Shown piece after piece: positions 37,502 through 50,949 of a DNA stretch of 64,000 bases. The notes beneath the pieces were generated by a model that saw only the letters and a list, made by a program, of their open reading frames with translations, did not search any database and was not told where the DNA came from. Source of the stretch: Dimorphilus gyrociliatus (taxonomy: Eukaryota; Animalia; Annelida); NCBI GenBank assembly GCA_904063045.1, contig CAJFCJ010000005.1:635988-699987 (forward strand), written 5' to 3'. How positions within the stretch are numbered: the first letter of the stretch is position 1; each line of letters opens with the position of its first letter. The translations under genes and the position numbers were made by a program.

Positions 37502-40500
37502 ATGCTAACCCTGCAAATTATCTTTCTCAGCATAGTCGGATTGGTACTACCATCGAAGTAAAAACTTACATTTCATATTATCGCTCTTTCTCAAGGCGTC
37601 CGTCTTTAATAATGAAACGAAGCGGGCAGAGTCGTTACTGTTACTTTTCTTTTTCTCTACTCTCTTTAGGCTAAAGTCGAATGCCAGCGATCTTCATAAG
37701 ATTGTCAGTAAATTGTTTGCGGAAAAGTACGATGGAGAAATTCGGCCAAATGTTGAGAATGATCAGCCAGTCAAGTGCTATTTGAATTTCAGGATAAATT
37801 CAATGTCAGCTTTAAGAGAAGTGTCGATGGTAAGTGGGCTGTTTATTACTGATAAAAGCGCTATGACAAACAAAATCGATCTAAATTGATTATCGCTGCT
37901 TTTTCCACGCCCTAGTCCTTTTCTCGTTCAGAATTAGATACCCATTTCGCGGTTTTGGTGTGGAAATATTCGAGAAACCAATCAGAATTTTGACGCCAAA
38001 AGTAAAAACGTATTCGAGATTGTGTCTATCACTCGGCAACTCGCTTTTAGTGGTGAATGATCGCGTCACGTGACTTTCGATACCCTATTAGTTCTTACAA
38101 GCGTTTCCTTGTACCCATTCGTACGTTTGACACAAACTACATGATCAAGTCGACTGATGGAATTTTTAAACGGCAATAATTAACGTTTCTGTATATTTGA
38201 TTGTCGCTCAGCCTATTGACATTTTTTGTTTCAGAGCATAACAGTTCTGAATAGAGTAAATATTGAATTTTCATAAATCTACACTCCTCCCTTCCCTTAC
38301 GCGCTCGCTCGCTCCCTCGCTCTCTCTCTTACCGTCTTTATAAAGATAAATAGTAGAGAGGTACGATAGCGTCTCTTCCTTTTGCTTTCATCTTCTTTTT
38401 GAGAAAGAAAGAAAAAAAATAAGTTCCGCTTACGAAATTAATCATAAGAGTCCCTCTTTCTGTATTTTGAAAAAGAGATGAAAATAAAGACGAATTCTTT
38501 TTCGGAGAGAATCAATATTCTACTTTTCTCTTTCCTTAAGTACCGTTGCCATCTTCCCAGCGTTGTACGGTTAAGAAAGGATAGGAGATTGAGAAGGCAA
38601 TTAGGCGTCCTTTAGCTGTGTTTCAATTTTAATGATTTTCTTATTGTGTCGTTAAAGAATTGAAAACTAAAAGGATAGATGACTTTCGATTTCTCAAATA
38701 TTCGGTACAGTTTAAAAACAAGGAGACAAAATAAGATAATAGAAAACAAGACAAAGCAAGAAACAAATATGAGACGAGAATAAAATCATAAAATTCCTAT
38801 TCGCTTTATTATTTTCTTTTTATTTATTTTTTTTTGACTGACTGACTAACTGTCTGTTTTATTCTCTCCTGTTTTAGCTGTTGTCATAGTTATAATTATT
38901 AACTTCACAGGGATTTCACTAAACAGTATCTTTGGGAAAAGGAGGCGTCTGTGTCTCTTTATCGGTTAGCTTCGTCTACGTCTCCTTAGAGACGCCTTTG
39001 AGCGTTAGTCGTACGCTAAGCGAGCTTGTTAATAGGCTCTTATTCTATTTACCTGATTGTTTTTAGCCAATGTCTAGTCACACTAAACGTTTGGAGGGAA
39101 ATACTTCAATTATTAAATTTAGGCCTATTTGAATTGAATTTCTATGTTGGGCCATTAAAAATTTTCCAGCTGAGACAAACGGAAGAGTATGCAAACATAG
39201 TCTACTTACCTAAATAAAGATTATTTTTTTCCTACCTATTTTCTGGTTAATGTCAAGAGGCTATAGTTATCGGAAAATTGTCACGTTCTACAGCCGTCTA
39301 ATTAAGCGTATTATATATATATACGTTTAGGTATTTGCTTATAAGCAAAACATACACACGTCACTCGTTGGACATGATTTGCTCTAACTTATCACTTTTC
39401 ATATATTGGTGAAAGAATACGAATAATAGACACAAGACAACAGCGGTAATAAGGGTTTTATTAACCGTTATAAATAAGTAAATGCATTCCTAAAGCGTCT
39501 AGAGCGACGTTTGCGAAGGCCGTGAGGTAACACCTTATCAATAAACTATTCTTAGAATTTTCTTTGAAGACGAAAAATAGCGTTCGTTTTTCTATCTGCA
39601 ATACGCGATTATAATTAGCAAACTGGAAAACAAGTAGCGTTCTTTTTAAAGAGGGAATAATCGGAGACAAATAGACGCGGGAAATATGTAAGCTGCGTTT
39701 CGTGTTATTGGGCGGGATTTTGGCAAAAAATCGTAATAGAATACATGTTATTCCAGTTATTGGGCGGAATTAGCCCGGATTTGCGAGCAAGCGGCGGTGA
39801 CGCCTTCGCTTCGATTCTATTCAATTGTGATAAATTTAAGCGTTTGGAGAGCCATAAAAAAATAGACGTTCTGCCAAAATGTCGAAAAATAGTAAATCTA
39901 ATTTTAGCTGAAACATTAGAAATAATCGCATCAGAAATCCTCAGACTGCCTAACAAAAACGTCGCAAACCGCTTTTTTTGCCTCGTTCAATGGAGGAGGG
40001 CGTCTATTTCGGTTTTAAGGTGAAGATGACAATTTTTATTAAATTAACCATACTTTCCGATCATCGGAGACACCTTCCGGTTGATAAAATAGGGAATTAT
40101 TTTATATAGTAGACGCCTACTTAATTCACCATTAAAATCCGACGCAGTCGACTATGAAATTAAGTTTTATATAAATATTGTCTAGGAGTCGTATTCCGGC
40201 CCAATAGGCCTATTCATGTTTTACTATTGCGCCTATTTTCTTTTTTTTTTTCCAGCGTCTCTGTTTGTTGTTGGTTTATTGAAAAATAGTTTGGCGTGTC
40301 GCCCGATTGCTTGTTTAATTAGTGTAGGTTTGAAGTTTCCTAGCCGCTAATCCATCTGATTATCGACTGAAAGACGAGAAGATGTCCATAAAACTGAAAA
40401 AAAAAAAAAAAACTATAAGCATCCTTTGGTGTTTTTATCAGAAAAGACAAAAATAAGAAAGCAGGTGACTCCTTTTCTGAATTATAATTTGCTAATTAAC

Positions 40501-43500
40501 AGACTAACGATACATGTTAAACATTAATCCGCTTCTTAGCAACCGATGATTTATTTATACCGAGTTAATATATCTATTATAGGCTTAATAGGTTGCGGGA
40601 AAGCGATTATTGGATTTTCAATTCGAGGCCATTGAACGTATGGCAGTATAGTGGAGATGAGGCGAAAGGTGTTCAAGACGAAAACAAAAATTGACAAATT
40701 AACAAAAGAGCCCAGAGTGTTTGAGTAGGGGAGAGGATAGGAGAGGAGCAGCAAGTACAAACGGTTTGAGGGCAATGATATTTTCGCAGATAGCATACAG
40801 CATATACAGTGTATTATAGACACTATACGGAGAGTTTAGTGTAAACTGAAAGACTATACAATGAAATATTATAATTTATTAACATAGTGCACTTTTTCTA
40901 TACATGTACAATGTACAATGTTTGAGCAAGGCGAGAAAGTCTATTTAAGAATTGCATGCTTTGATTGCTTTGATTGATTTGCGAATATACACGCGCGTAT
41001 GCGATTACGCTCAATAGCCTTCTATATATATATTCTAATAAGTAGTATTGCGTTTAAACAATTGAATTCTTTCTCCGGTATTTTTCGCATTCCTAAAGAA
41101 AAGCTCTCGCCTTTCGCTTCTCCTTATTTCCTATTTTCCCACTTTGAATAGGATTTGAAACCGTCTATACTATACACTCTATACAATACTAGAAAATTCT
41201 TTGAAAAGGGACGCAAATGGGAATATCCTAACGTAAGTTGGATCGTATGATGAAATATAAAGATTATCAATAAACAACATACGAGAACCGTCAAAAAAAA
41301 AGATTTTTGCAACACTAATTCCGTTGCCTAACTGTATTTTGCAGCTGATTGCAGATTGCGTATCGAGAAATTGCTTCTGGCATAAAATATGGATAAATAG
41401 ATATACATATTAGTTTACTTTGATCTTATACAGTGTTCTTTGCTGTACACATAGCATTTTTTTTAACCTTCTATCGCGGGATATTTTATAAGGCGTCTCC
41501 TATTCATGCAGTTAACTGTAATGTATTCTATTACAGCCAAATATATATATATATATATATTAGTATGTGTACAGTGTATATATATATATATATATTTTAC
41601 TCCACTGCAAAAGATAATTTATTAGGATTAAAGCGATTCGGATTAGATGGCGGTTGGAGGGAAAAAAAAGCGAAATGTTTAGGGTAAATTCCTTGCAATT
41701 GCTCTTTAGTAGATTATTTTGAATTATTTTTAGATATCACCTATTTATTTCCTCTCTCAACATAACAAAGTGGCCGCAAATTGTATATATTGATCCTCGA
41801 AGTGTAAATAAAAATATAGCAAACTAAACAAGATCACTTTATTTACCCGTTTCGTTACATGGTCGATTTGATTGCTTGTAAAAAAAAAAAAATTCGATTT
41901 AGTGATCGAATAGAAGGTTAAAATGAAATTCCATTTACTTATTTACATTACAGGATTATAATGTCAATATCTACCTTCGACTCCGGTGGAATGAACCTCG
42001 TCTATCTTATGGTCATCATAAGGGATACGAAAATGGCAGTTATACTCTGTCGCACAAACAATTTTCCAAGCTTTGGATTCCCGATGTATTTATTAAGAAT
42101 GAAAAGGACGGCAAACTACATGATTTAGTGCTACCGAATCGATTGTTGCGTTTGTACCCTAATGGCAATATTTTGTACAGTCAAAGACTTAGCTTGACAT
42201 TAGCATGCGAATTGGATTTGGCTCGTTTTCCTCTTGATAATCAAACGTGTAATTTCGTCTTCGCCAGTTGTAAGTATAATTTCAACAATTATTTTTTGCC
42301 AAGTAGTCATTTGAAGAGAAAAAAAAAAGCTTTAAAAGTCAAAATAGTAGACAAAGTTGCTTTGTCCTCTGCAGTCCTATCGTCTGAGGTGATCTACGAA
42401 ACACGAAACGCTAAATGGCTTGACATTTACCCCACAACTATCAACCACCAACTTTTACTCTTAATATTCTAATTAGCCGGCTCACTAACGCTTCGGTTTC
42501 GTTTTCTTTTCTATACTCGTTCCGTTGTTCTGAGCAAGAGTTAGAACAATTGGAATTCGTAGCTTTACTTAAAGTAAAGTGTCGTTTTCTTATTTTCAAA
42601 CTTGTCAAATAACTTATGGTACTGCTATGAAATGAGATCATGCAAATCAACTTTGAGAAAAAGTTGTTGTTCCCTCGAGAAAGTTTTCAAACTAGATAAA
42701 CAGCGTTTAGGGATGACTAAATCATGCAGTCCACCTGCAAAAAAGAATACAGGAAGAACCGGGGACCGGGGAAATTAAAACGAGGGCAAGAGAGAGAGAG
42801 AGAGAGAGAAAAAAAACAACTCAATTTTTATAACAAATGACGAGTATAGACAGTATCTAGACAAGCGAAGAATAGGCGAGGCAGGGAGGATGAGCGAGAG
42901 AAGTGGGAGGGATTGAAAGGAAAAGCGTAAAAACTACAGCGATACGCAACCAAATAGAGTTTGCGATAAATACAATGAGAGGGAGAGGAAGACAAAGAGA
43001 GGAAGCGAGTGAAGGAGTTAATTGAAAATGATAATTTTGAGAAAGCAACCCGTTGAGTAATAGCTATCAAAAAAAAGACGTGATAAAGAGAGAGGTTGAC
43101 TATTTACATTAATTAAAAAAAGAGAGAAAAGAAATTTACGCTGCTCTTCCTTTTTGTTCTAATAATAGAGGAGCAATTTGTTGGAAATTGGCCTTATTCA
43201 GACGCCAATTCTAGCATCTATTTGCTTTATAATACGCAATATGTTTGACTTTACCTTACGTTCTATAAATAATTGTGTATGGTTGGTGTATGTTTTTAAA
43301 TGAATATCGAATTTTATCTGTTCTCTGTGAAAACGAGTGAGAAAGCCAGAAAAAAGTATAATATCCATTACGTAGATGATATATTTGCAATAGTTGACTC
43401 AATTGTAGGAATAGGAATAATTGATAGGTTTTACTGGAAATATCATATCATCTTATCGTTACTAGATTTTCACCGATACAATTGTAACGGGTTAAAAAGA

Positions 43501-45525
43501 AACAGACTTTACGAGGCGACTAAAATTTATTGTACAAGTGAGTGGATTAATGGGGTTGTTAAATTCTTTCAGACGCTCATACATTAAAGGATCTGGAAAT
43601 TCTTTGGGATAACGAAAGAAACGCTACCGCTGTGGCCGAAGGCTTAAAACCACCTGAATTTGAATTGCTTGAAATTAGCGGTCGTTACTGCACGTCTGGA
43701 ACGTCGACAGGTACTTATATCTACAAATATTACTTGTTTATATATATACTTTATATACTTGTGTATTTTATACCATATTTTTTTAAGCTGATTATCTGCG
43801 TACGCGTCCGCCGCAAAGTACATTGTATGTATAGGAGAATAAATCTTCGCAATTCAATTGTGTTTAGACGCGTATAGCTTGTGTTTAGACTTTGGGCGTT
43901 GAGAAATGACCAAATTTGTGTGACTATGACCACTTGTATTCGTCGTAATGACCTTTTTTCTCCTTCTCTCTCGCTCTCTCTCTCGACGTAATCAGGCTAG
44001 GAGTAGAGGACAAGGAGGCGTGGCTCGTCACACGAGCATTTTTTTTTTCATTAACGCTTAACCGCAATGGAACTGCGTGCAATTGTCAAGTAAATTATTT
44101 ATTTAAATTTTTCCTTAAGTTTATTACTCTTTTGTAGTAAAATAATAAAGAAAACAAATAGACATTATAGAAGCAATGTAGGCACAAAAATATAGCAGGA
44201 TATATCTTGTTAGCCATCTTATTGGTCTCAGCTAAGGAGGTGAAGATGAGGAGAAAATGACCTTTATTTTTATCTATCATAATATCCTACCTCTTAGCGT
44301 TCTATATGTCTTCGAGCAAATTCACATATGCAGCAGTGTGTGGTAATTTGAAATTATAGAGAAAAAGCACAACTTGAATTAATTCACCCCGCTGCTTCCT
44401 CCTGAAATAGACGCCCCTTCCAGCCATTTCCCAGACACGGCAGTACGCTATCGGAATTTTAATAGGTTTATTAAAGCTGTATATCGTTTCAAAGTGCTAT
44501 CCAGACGAGGGTTCCCTAGGTGGGAAAAGCCGACTTATTATCATTCCTCATCCTATTATCTTGTACCAAGGAAAAAAGCCAATGGCTTAACAATTACCAT
44601 TGGGACGACATTGTTCGTCTTATGTAATATAGATGTCTGTATAAAAGATGTATCTAAATATGCTAATAGTTTACCTAACGAGAAAGCGTTAGACAACCTA
44701 ATCGGGTATCTCTGGGGTGTCGTATTCGAAAAGGTCCCTCTTAGATAACCTATAGAAAGCAAAAAACAAATCTGCTTCGAACGATTAGCGAGAAAGAGTG
44801 CAGAGAATGAGAAATAGGAGGAAAGGGGAGAAGGAAAAAGCACAAAAAAATCGAGACAGAAAGTCAATATCGACAAAAAAGAATACTTGAGAGTTTATTT
44901 TTCGGGGAGAAAATTATCTCCAAGGACCTTGACTTCCTATAGAACTTGTTTATTTGAATGCTAAATTTAATGTTTATTCCATGCATTGCGGTGAACAGTT
45001 GACTCGTCTAAGTTATATTAAAATTTAATATTATGTAGGAATTCCTTAATTATTTCCGCTTGGTCTACCGTACCAGAGTTATAATGAATGCTTTGAATCT
45101 ATTTCAATTTTATAATATCCTTCCCTCGGACTAGAGAAATTCAACCTCTTTCAATATTATTAACTGATTAACTAGCTCTATCTGTCCATCTCTCTATGTT
45201 GATTTCTTTGTTCAATTTTTGCCCTGGTTCGCTCTGTTCGCCGTTCAACTTAATCTGACATCCGTTGTCTATTATTTATTATCGGATGGAATATTTACAA
45301 GAATTGTAGCTAAAAAATGAATGAGAGCGTGGAATCATCCTACCTTTTTTTAGATTAACGTTGCTTACATTATATCACCCTTTCATAGCATTTCCCTTTT
45401 CGCTTAGGACAATGTTAATTTGGAAAAGTAGAAACTATTCTTCGATAGAATGACCCTTCTAGGAAATTAACCCTCCTCGAAAATAAATTTCTAGAATATA
45501 ACCTTTTCAAGTGTTTGCTCTTAAC

Positions 45526-45567
<42 letters not shown>

Positions 45568-47093
45568 TGTATATGTATTGAGTGTAGAGAGGTAGAAATG
45601 GCAGTAAAAATTGGTTTCGAATGATTCATAAAGTGAGGAAGGAGAGCGGCGGTAAATTTATTTAGTCGGTGCAGATTTATTAAAAGGAAATTTAGTAGAT
45701 GAGAATGTGAAATTGTAGTAATTTAACATTTGCTTCGATTCGTTTTGAATTTCTGCTGAAGCCTTTTTTTCTTCTATGTCTTCAACAGGAGCCTACGCAT
45801 GCCTGGAAGCCATTCTTAAATTTCAGCGTAAAGTCAACTATTACCTCATTCAAGTATATTTACCATCTTTGTTGGTTGTTGTTTTGTCGTGGGTCTCCTT
45901 TTGGATCGATACGGATGCCGTACCGGCGAGGATAACATTAGGACTGTTGACAGTCCTAACGATGACTACGCAGAGTTCTAACTTTGCCGCCAGAATGCCT
46001 CGCGTGTCATACGTAAAGGCCATAGATGTTTGGATGGCTATGTGTCTGGTGTTTGTATTTGGCGCTTTAATTGAATATTCCTTTGTCAACGTCCTTGCGA
46101 GAAGAGCAAAGCCAAAACAGGAGAATATGATAGCCGCACTCGTTAAACAAGTACATGTAAGTCTTTTGCATTTCTTTCAAGTTTCCCAGTAAATTAACAA
46201 AAGGTAAAGAGAGACGGTAGCAAGAAGACAAACTAACGAAATTCTTATACCAACAAACCTTTTCGAGATCTCGTTTGTCGGTTGCAGTTTTCGTCAAACC
46301 AACGCATGACCGATAATTTCTTTGCGTGCGATCGCTTTTCGACTTCCGCCGTTTTCAAACAAACGCTTTTTTCAACGCTTCGTCAATTCCCGGTTGAAGA
46401 AACGAACACTGGTTTTGTTCTCTTTTTCAGCCTAATACATTTTTTTTCGCTGACTTTTTTTTTCTCTGAAAATTTACCTTTTCTTTACTTTGCTTCAGAA
46501 TCTTTTTGCCTTATTCCTTTCATTCTGCTATGTGCAAAATGTACACGTGCAGATATGCAGATATGCTGATATTAGAGCTCTCGTGCAGAGATGTTTTCTC
46601 GCTTTCTTTCTCGCTGTAGCCGCCCGTTAGAATAATATACAAACGCGAAATATAGTTCAATACGCTAAGTGAATGGTAGAATAAGAAACGTATACGAAAT
46701 AAACAAACATATTTACAAAGCAGGAAAGTAAACGTGTTGACAATTTTCAGGTTCATACAAATACAGCGGCGAACGGTGGTGAGGGGAGGAGATCGCTAGC
46801 CAAAGATCCGAAAGGACGAGACGAAGCCGAAACAGAACTTATGCTAAGGTGATTAGAGACTCGTATACGCACATTTACACATGAACCTAACTCTTTTGTA
46901 TATTCTATTAAATAGGGACGGCGATAAGGTGAATACTGCTGTATGCGCTCAGTCCTGTTCGAAGACTATGAAGAACAAAGCAGGCTTAGTGGATAGATTT
47001 AGCAGGTTCATGTTTCCTCTGGCGTTCGGTATTTTTAACTTGTTCTACTGGGTTTTCTACTTGACAAATAAGAGCTCTAACCAAAGACGTTGA
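37502..47093 (+). CDS. Cys-loop ligand-gated anion channel subunit (GluCl/glycine-receptor-like), 437 aa, 7 exons
   Basis: Exons 37502-37557, 37670-37829, 41954-42269, 43573-43710, 45789-46156, 46751-46848, 46916-47093 (1314 nt, all GT-AG, phases consistent). Signal peptide [17 protein letters not shown]; YDGEIRP; NIYLRLRW; LWIPD; Cys-loop [15 protein letters not shown]; second disulfide loop [12 protein letters not shown]; M2 with the anion-selective PAR motif; M4 [20 protein letters not shown]. Confidence 0.93.
38065..38074. promoter_or_regulatory. Palindromic GTCACGTGAC (CLEAR/USF-type E-box) in channel intron 2
   Basis: Perfect 10-bp palindrome; function not shown. Confidence 0.25.
43360..43530 (+). 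mobile_element. Degenerate reverse-transcriptase fragment, possibly Penelope-like, in channel intron 3
   Basis: [10 protein letters not shown], followed by LSLLDF and RLYEAT, in the order and rough spacing of the YVDD / PFLD / VYRKPT motifs of PLE-type RTs. Confidence 0.4.
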
Positions 47094-49120
47094 ATTTAAA
47101 GAGATTCTACTGCAACAACTGCTGATTATCCTTTACTAAGATGGGAAAACTTCAAATTTATAGACAAACAAACTATAATTAAAAGAGAAAAAAATGAAAA
47201 AAAGAACAGACAGTAAATACGGTATAGATAAATTGCTAAAGAATTATTTACTACTGTACATACTGTACATTCATCCATGTATGTGGCCATAATTTATATG
47301 TATACGTCAAAATAGTAATAGAGATACAAATACTAATAATACTACTAACGATAGTAATAAGAACAATAATAACGATCAAAAATAATATTATTATCCATTA
47401 CAATATCACATAATAAAGCAGAAAAAGAGGAAGAGGAAGAAAAAACTCCTGTGTGTTGTTACTATTAATCGCACAATCCCGTAACTGGGTACTGGAGTAG
47501 CCTGTAGCAAAAAGCTCGTACTTTTTTAAGATAGCTGATGGCCCCCCACCCACCTCATTCCCCCTCTCGCTCCCCCCTCCCTCAACTAGATACAAGGTTG
47601 TTTCCATTTGTTCTTTCAGGGAATTGTCTTCCCTTTCGCAACTCTTTTAGTTGCCTCGTACAAACTGAGAAAGGGGGAAGAAAAGAAAACGGGGCGAAGG
47701 AGAATAAGTGGAAAGAGGAGAAGGAACTGTCTTGAAAATCCGTCGTATACTCTTTTGCTTTATAGAGCCGTCGTATAGTTTGCATACTCGTGTTTAAAGG
47801 ACGAAAAACAAATAGAAAAAATACATTATACAAACATTCCTAGTTGATAATTGTTATTAAAGGCGCCGCTCCACATAGCAGAGTATATATACTATTATAT
47901 TCAAAGTAAATGATGTAAACCCGGGTATTTAACTGTCAATATTACTTTTATAAATACTGTATAAGTGTAATACACAAATGATATATAAAAAAAGAAATCA
48001 CATACTGCAGCAGAAATCTATTATTATACGTCAGTCGTTGGATGTTCCAATAGTGAATTTGTTGATTTACTCTAATAAAAAATAAAAATAAATATCCATT
48101 TCGCTTCCTTCTCTTTTCTCACTTTAATTTCTTTTCCCAACCCTGACAAACAATGGTCGCTTTCAACTTTAAGGAACTCGACAAACAATTATGGAAGAGT
48201 GGCCAACGGGAGTAGAGGGCAAAAGTTGATATACACTATGTATCTATCCACTAAACATAGCATATCCCAAATGTAAATATATTCCAATATACTATATCAT
48301 AGGTATTTGAATATTTCAATCAACCGACATCGAATCGACTCTTCTTCCTATATTCAGATAGAATAAAGCCTATAAAATAATCTCTTTCACCGATACGTTT
48401 TCTAATTTATAGACGACTCTGTTTTCTATATTTACTAAATATGAAAACAACATACGAATGTCGAATTTGATATGGCTGCTGTTTTCTCCATGTCTCCTTC
48501 TCATTCTCTATTTATCTTATTGATTTGTGCTTTCGTTATTATGATATCTTTATCGAGCGTTGTTGATTCAATTATATTTTGTCAGTTGTTGCTCTCTTAT
48601 ATGGCTGGTCAAAGATTGCAGGTTGAGAACAGACTGAAAAATAGATTTCTCTGTTTGATCACCAATTTCTTTTTGAACAATTATTATTGAAGAAAGATTA
48701 GGAGATTTAGTTTTTTATCTAGAAAGAGCTTATCTGCCTTGATTAAACCTCTTCCGATTTAGGTTCGAAACTCCCTTTAAAGCTAATATAATACTTTAGA
48801 TGATCCTTCTTACCTACAGCATCCCTACCCATCCATTAAGTATTTTAAGAATGTATGCTGGCAAAGCGAATTTATAAGGGAGTGAGCCTGTCTTCCGTTG
48901 CGGAAGAAGAAGACAAAAAGTGAGCATTATGAGCATAAAAACAATCCAACTTCCACATTTATAGACAATGTACACACGCATATAGATGTATATCTGGTAC
49001 ATTATCTGGTTTGATGTAGATCATATACTGTTAGTATAATTATACTAATAGTAGTAATAGTATTACTCTTTATGATACGCATGTATATAAATACTGTATA
49101 TGCAGTTTATGTATATATTA

Positions 49121-49158
<38 letters not shown>

Positions 49159-50949
49159 TGTATATACTGTATATCTATTTACATGCATATTGTAAACACT
49201 GTATAGAAACCTTATGACAAACGCCAACGTGAACATATTTCTGCAGATACAGTAATATTTTGCTTTTTTTTTAATGCAAACTGTCGAGCAGACTATTACA
49301 TAATTTCACTTAAAGTTTCTCCTTAAATGATCGATAAATATGCAAGTATAAAATAACGAAACAGTTTGAAAATAGGTAATGCATAAAGAGTATATTGTTA
49401 CATTATTTAATGTAGTGCTGTATACACCTATATAATCTTATTATATATCTATTTAAGTTGGAGTATTAGAGTACTGTTTGTAAACATTGTTGCAGATGGC
49501 ACTAGTTTAATGTTAGCTAAATACAAGGTGAAGCTGCATGAATAAAAAATGAGTAGCGGATGGGAGAAATAGAGAGAGTGAGAGAGAGTGTGTGTGTGTG
49601 TTTGTGTGTGTTGTATGGATTTGGGTTTGTGCTTAATTAAAGAAGTAACGTTAGCCGTCTTCAACAGATAAAATTTTTACAAGAATTTATGATAAGGAAA
49701 CGGGGGGAACAAACTATCGATTTCCCGACTATTCTCTCTCTCTCTTCCCTGCTCCTTTCGCTCCCCTTGCTCTCTTTTCCTGTCCCACTAAAATTCCCAA
49801 TCAGATTTATTCTTTATTTACACAAAATAATACAATTTTTTTTAACAAGCAACAAGATTTACTTATTTCCCTTTCATCTGGTTGATAGGTGAAGAACACA
49901 AGCGTCTATACGCGTTGGTACTTTCCTTTAGTTTCCATCTTTCTCTATAATCCAATGCCACACAATAAATTTAATAATTAACCTAAAAAATTAGTAATAT
50001 TCCGCCAACGTCGCAAGCCTATTAATAATAGAATAACTTGATTATGGCTAATAGATAGAGAAATAATAAGATGCCCTTCCTACCGTAGGCCTAGTCGTCA
50101 TGATATTATCTGCAATATTAATTAATATCCTGTTGCATTCTAATATGCAGCTTTGGCATATTAAAACGTCCCTTAATTAGACCTTTAGTTTCCTTTATGA
50201 GCTTTCAATTCAATAAAAATCTAGGTTGATGCGACGTCGTTAACAACCAACCCTGCCTTGAAACTTTTCAGGCAAGTTTATTTATTATTCTGTGTCCTTT
50301 TTGACTCTTGAGAATTCTCGACAATCACTTGGCCCATAAATATTGATGGCAAGAAACTTCAACTACAAATTACAATAAAAACCCGTTAAAGTCCAATGGT
50401 TAAGACGCTGTTGAACTTGAAGCAAATCAATTCAAGAATGTACTCGTAGCCTTTTCTCAAATCGCAACAAGAACATTCCTTAATTAATTAATAAACAAGA
50501 TTATTGATGTTAGTAACGGTACGTAATCGCATTTACAATTATTTCGGTGTTATCCCTAATTAATTACTATAATTTATTTACAGTATTATCCTCGTCCTTC
50601 TCTATTCATTCTGAAAACTCGCATAATTTCTCTTCCTTATCCCTAGTATCTTTGTTCGCCTTCTTTCTATCGAAAACAGCACTAATTCTTTTAACCTATA
50701 TAAACTTTTCGCTCTTAAATAGGCGTGGCGCCATCTTTGTGCAATTAAATATTTTGCCATTGTAACCGAAGGGAGAAGTGTTTGTCATGCATTTAGGACT
50801 GTAGAAAAACGACCGGGACTAGGAGAAGTAATTGAGAAAGAGAGCGCACCATAGAGAGAAAAAGTAATTTTATTGGAGAGAAAGAAAAAAAGAGTCAGTA
50901 ACGTAAAGTTAATAGTATGTGGAAGAGATCCTCTTCTATTTATTTTTAT

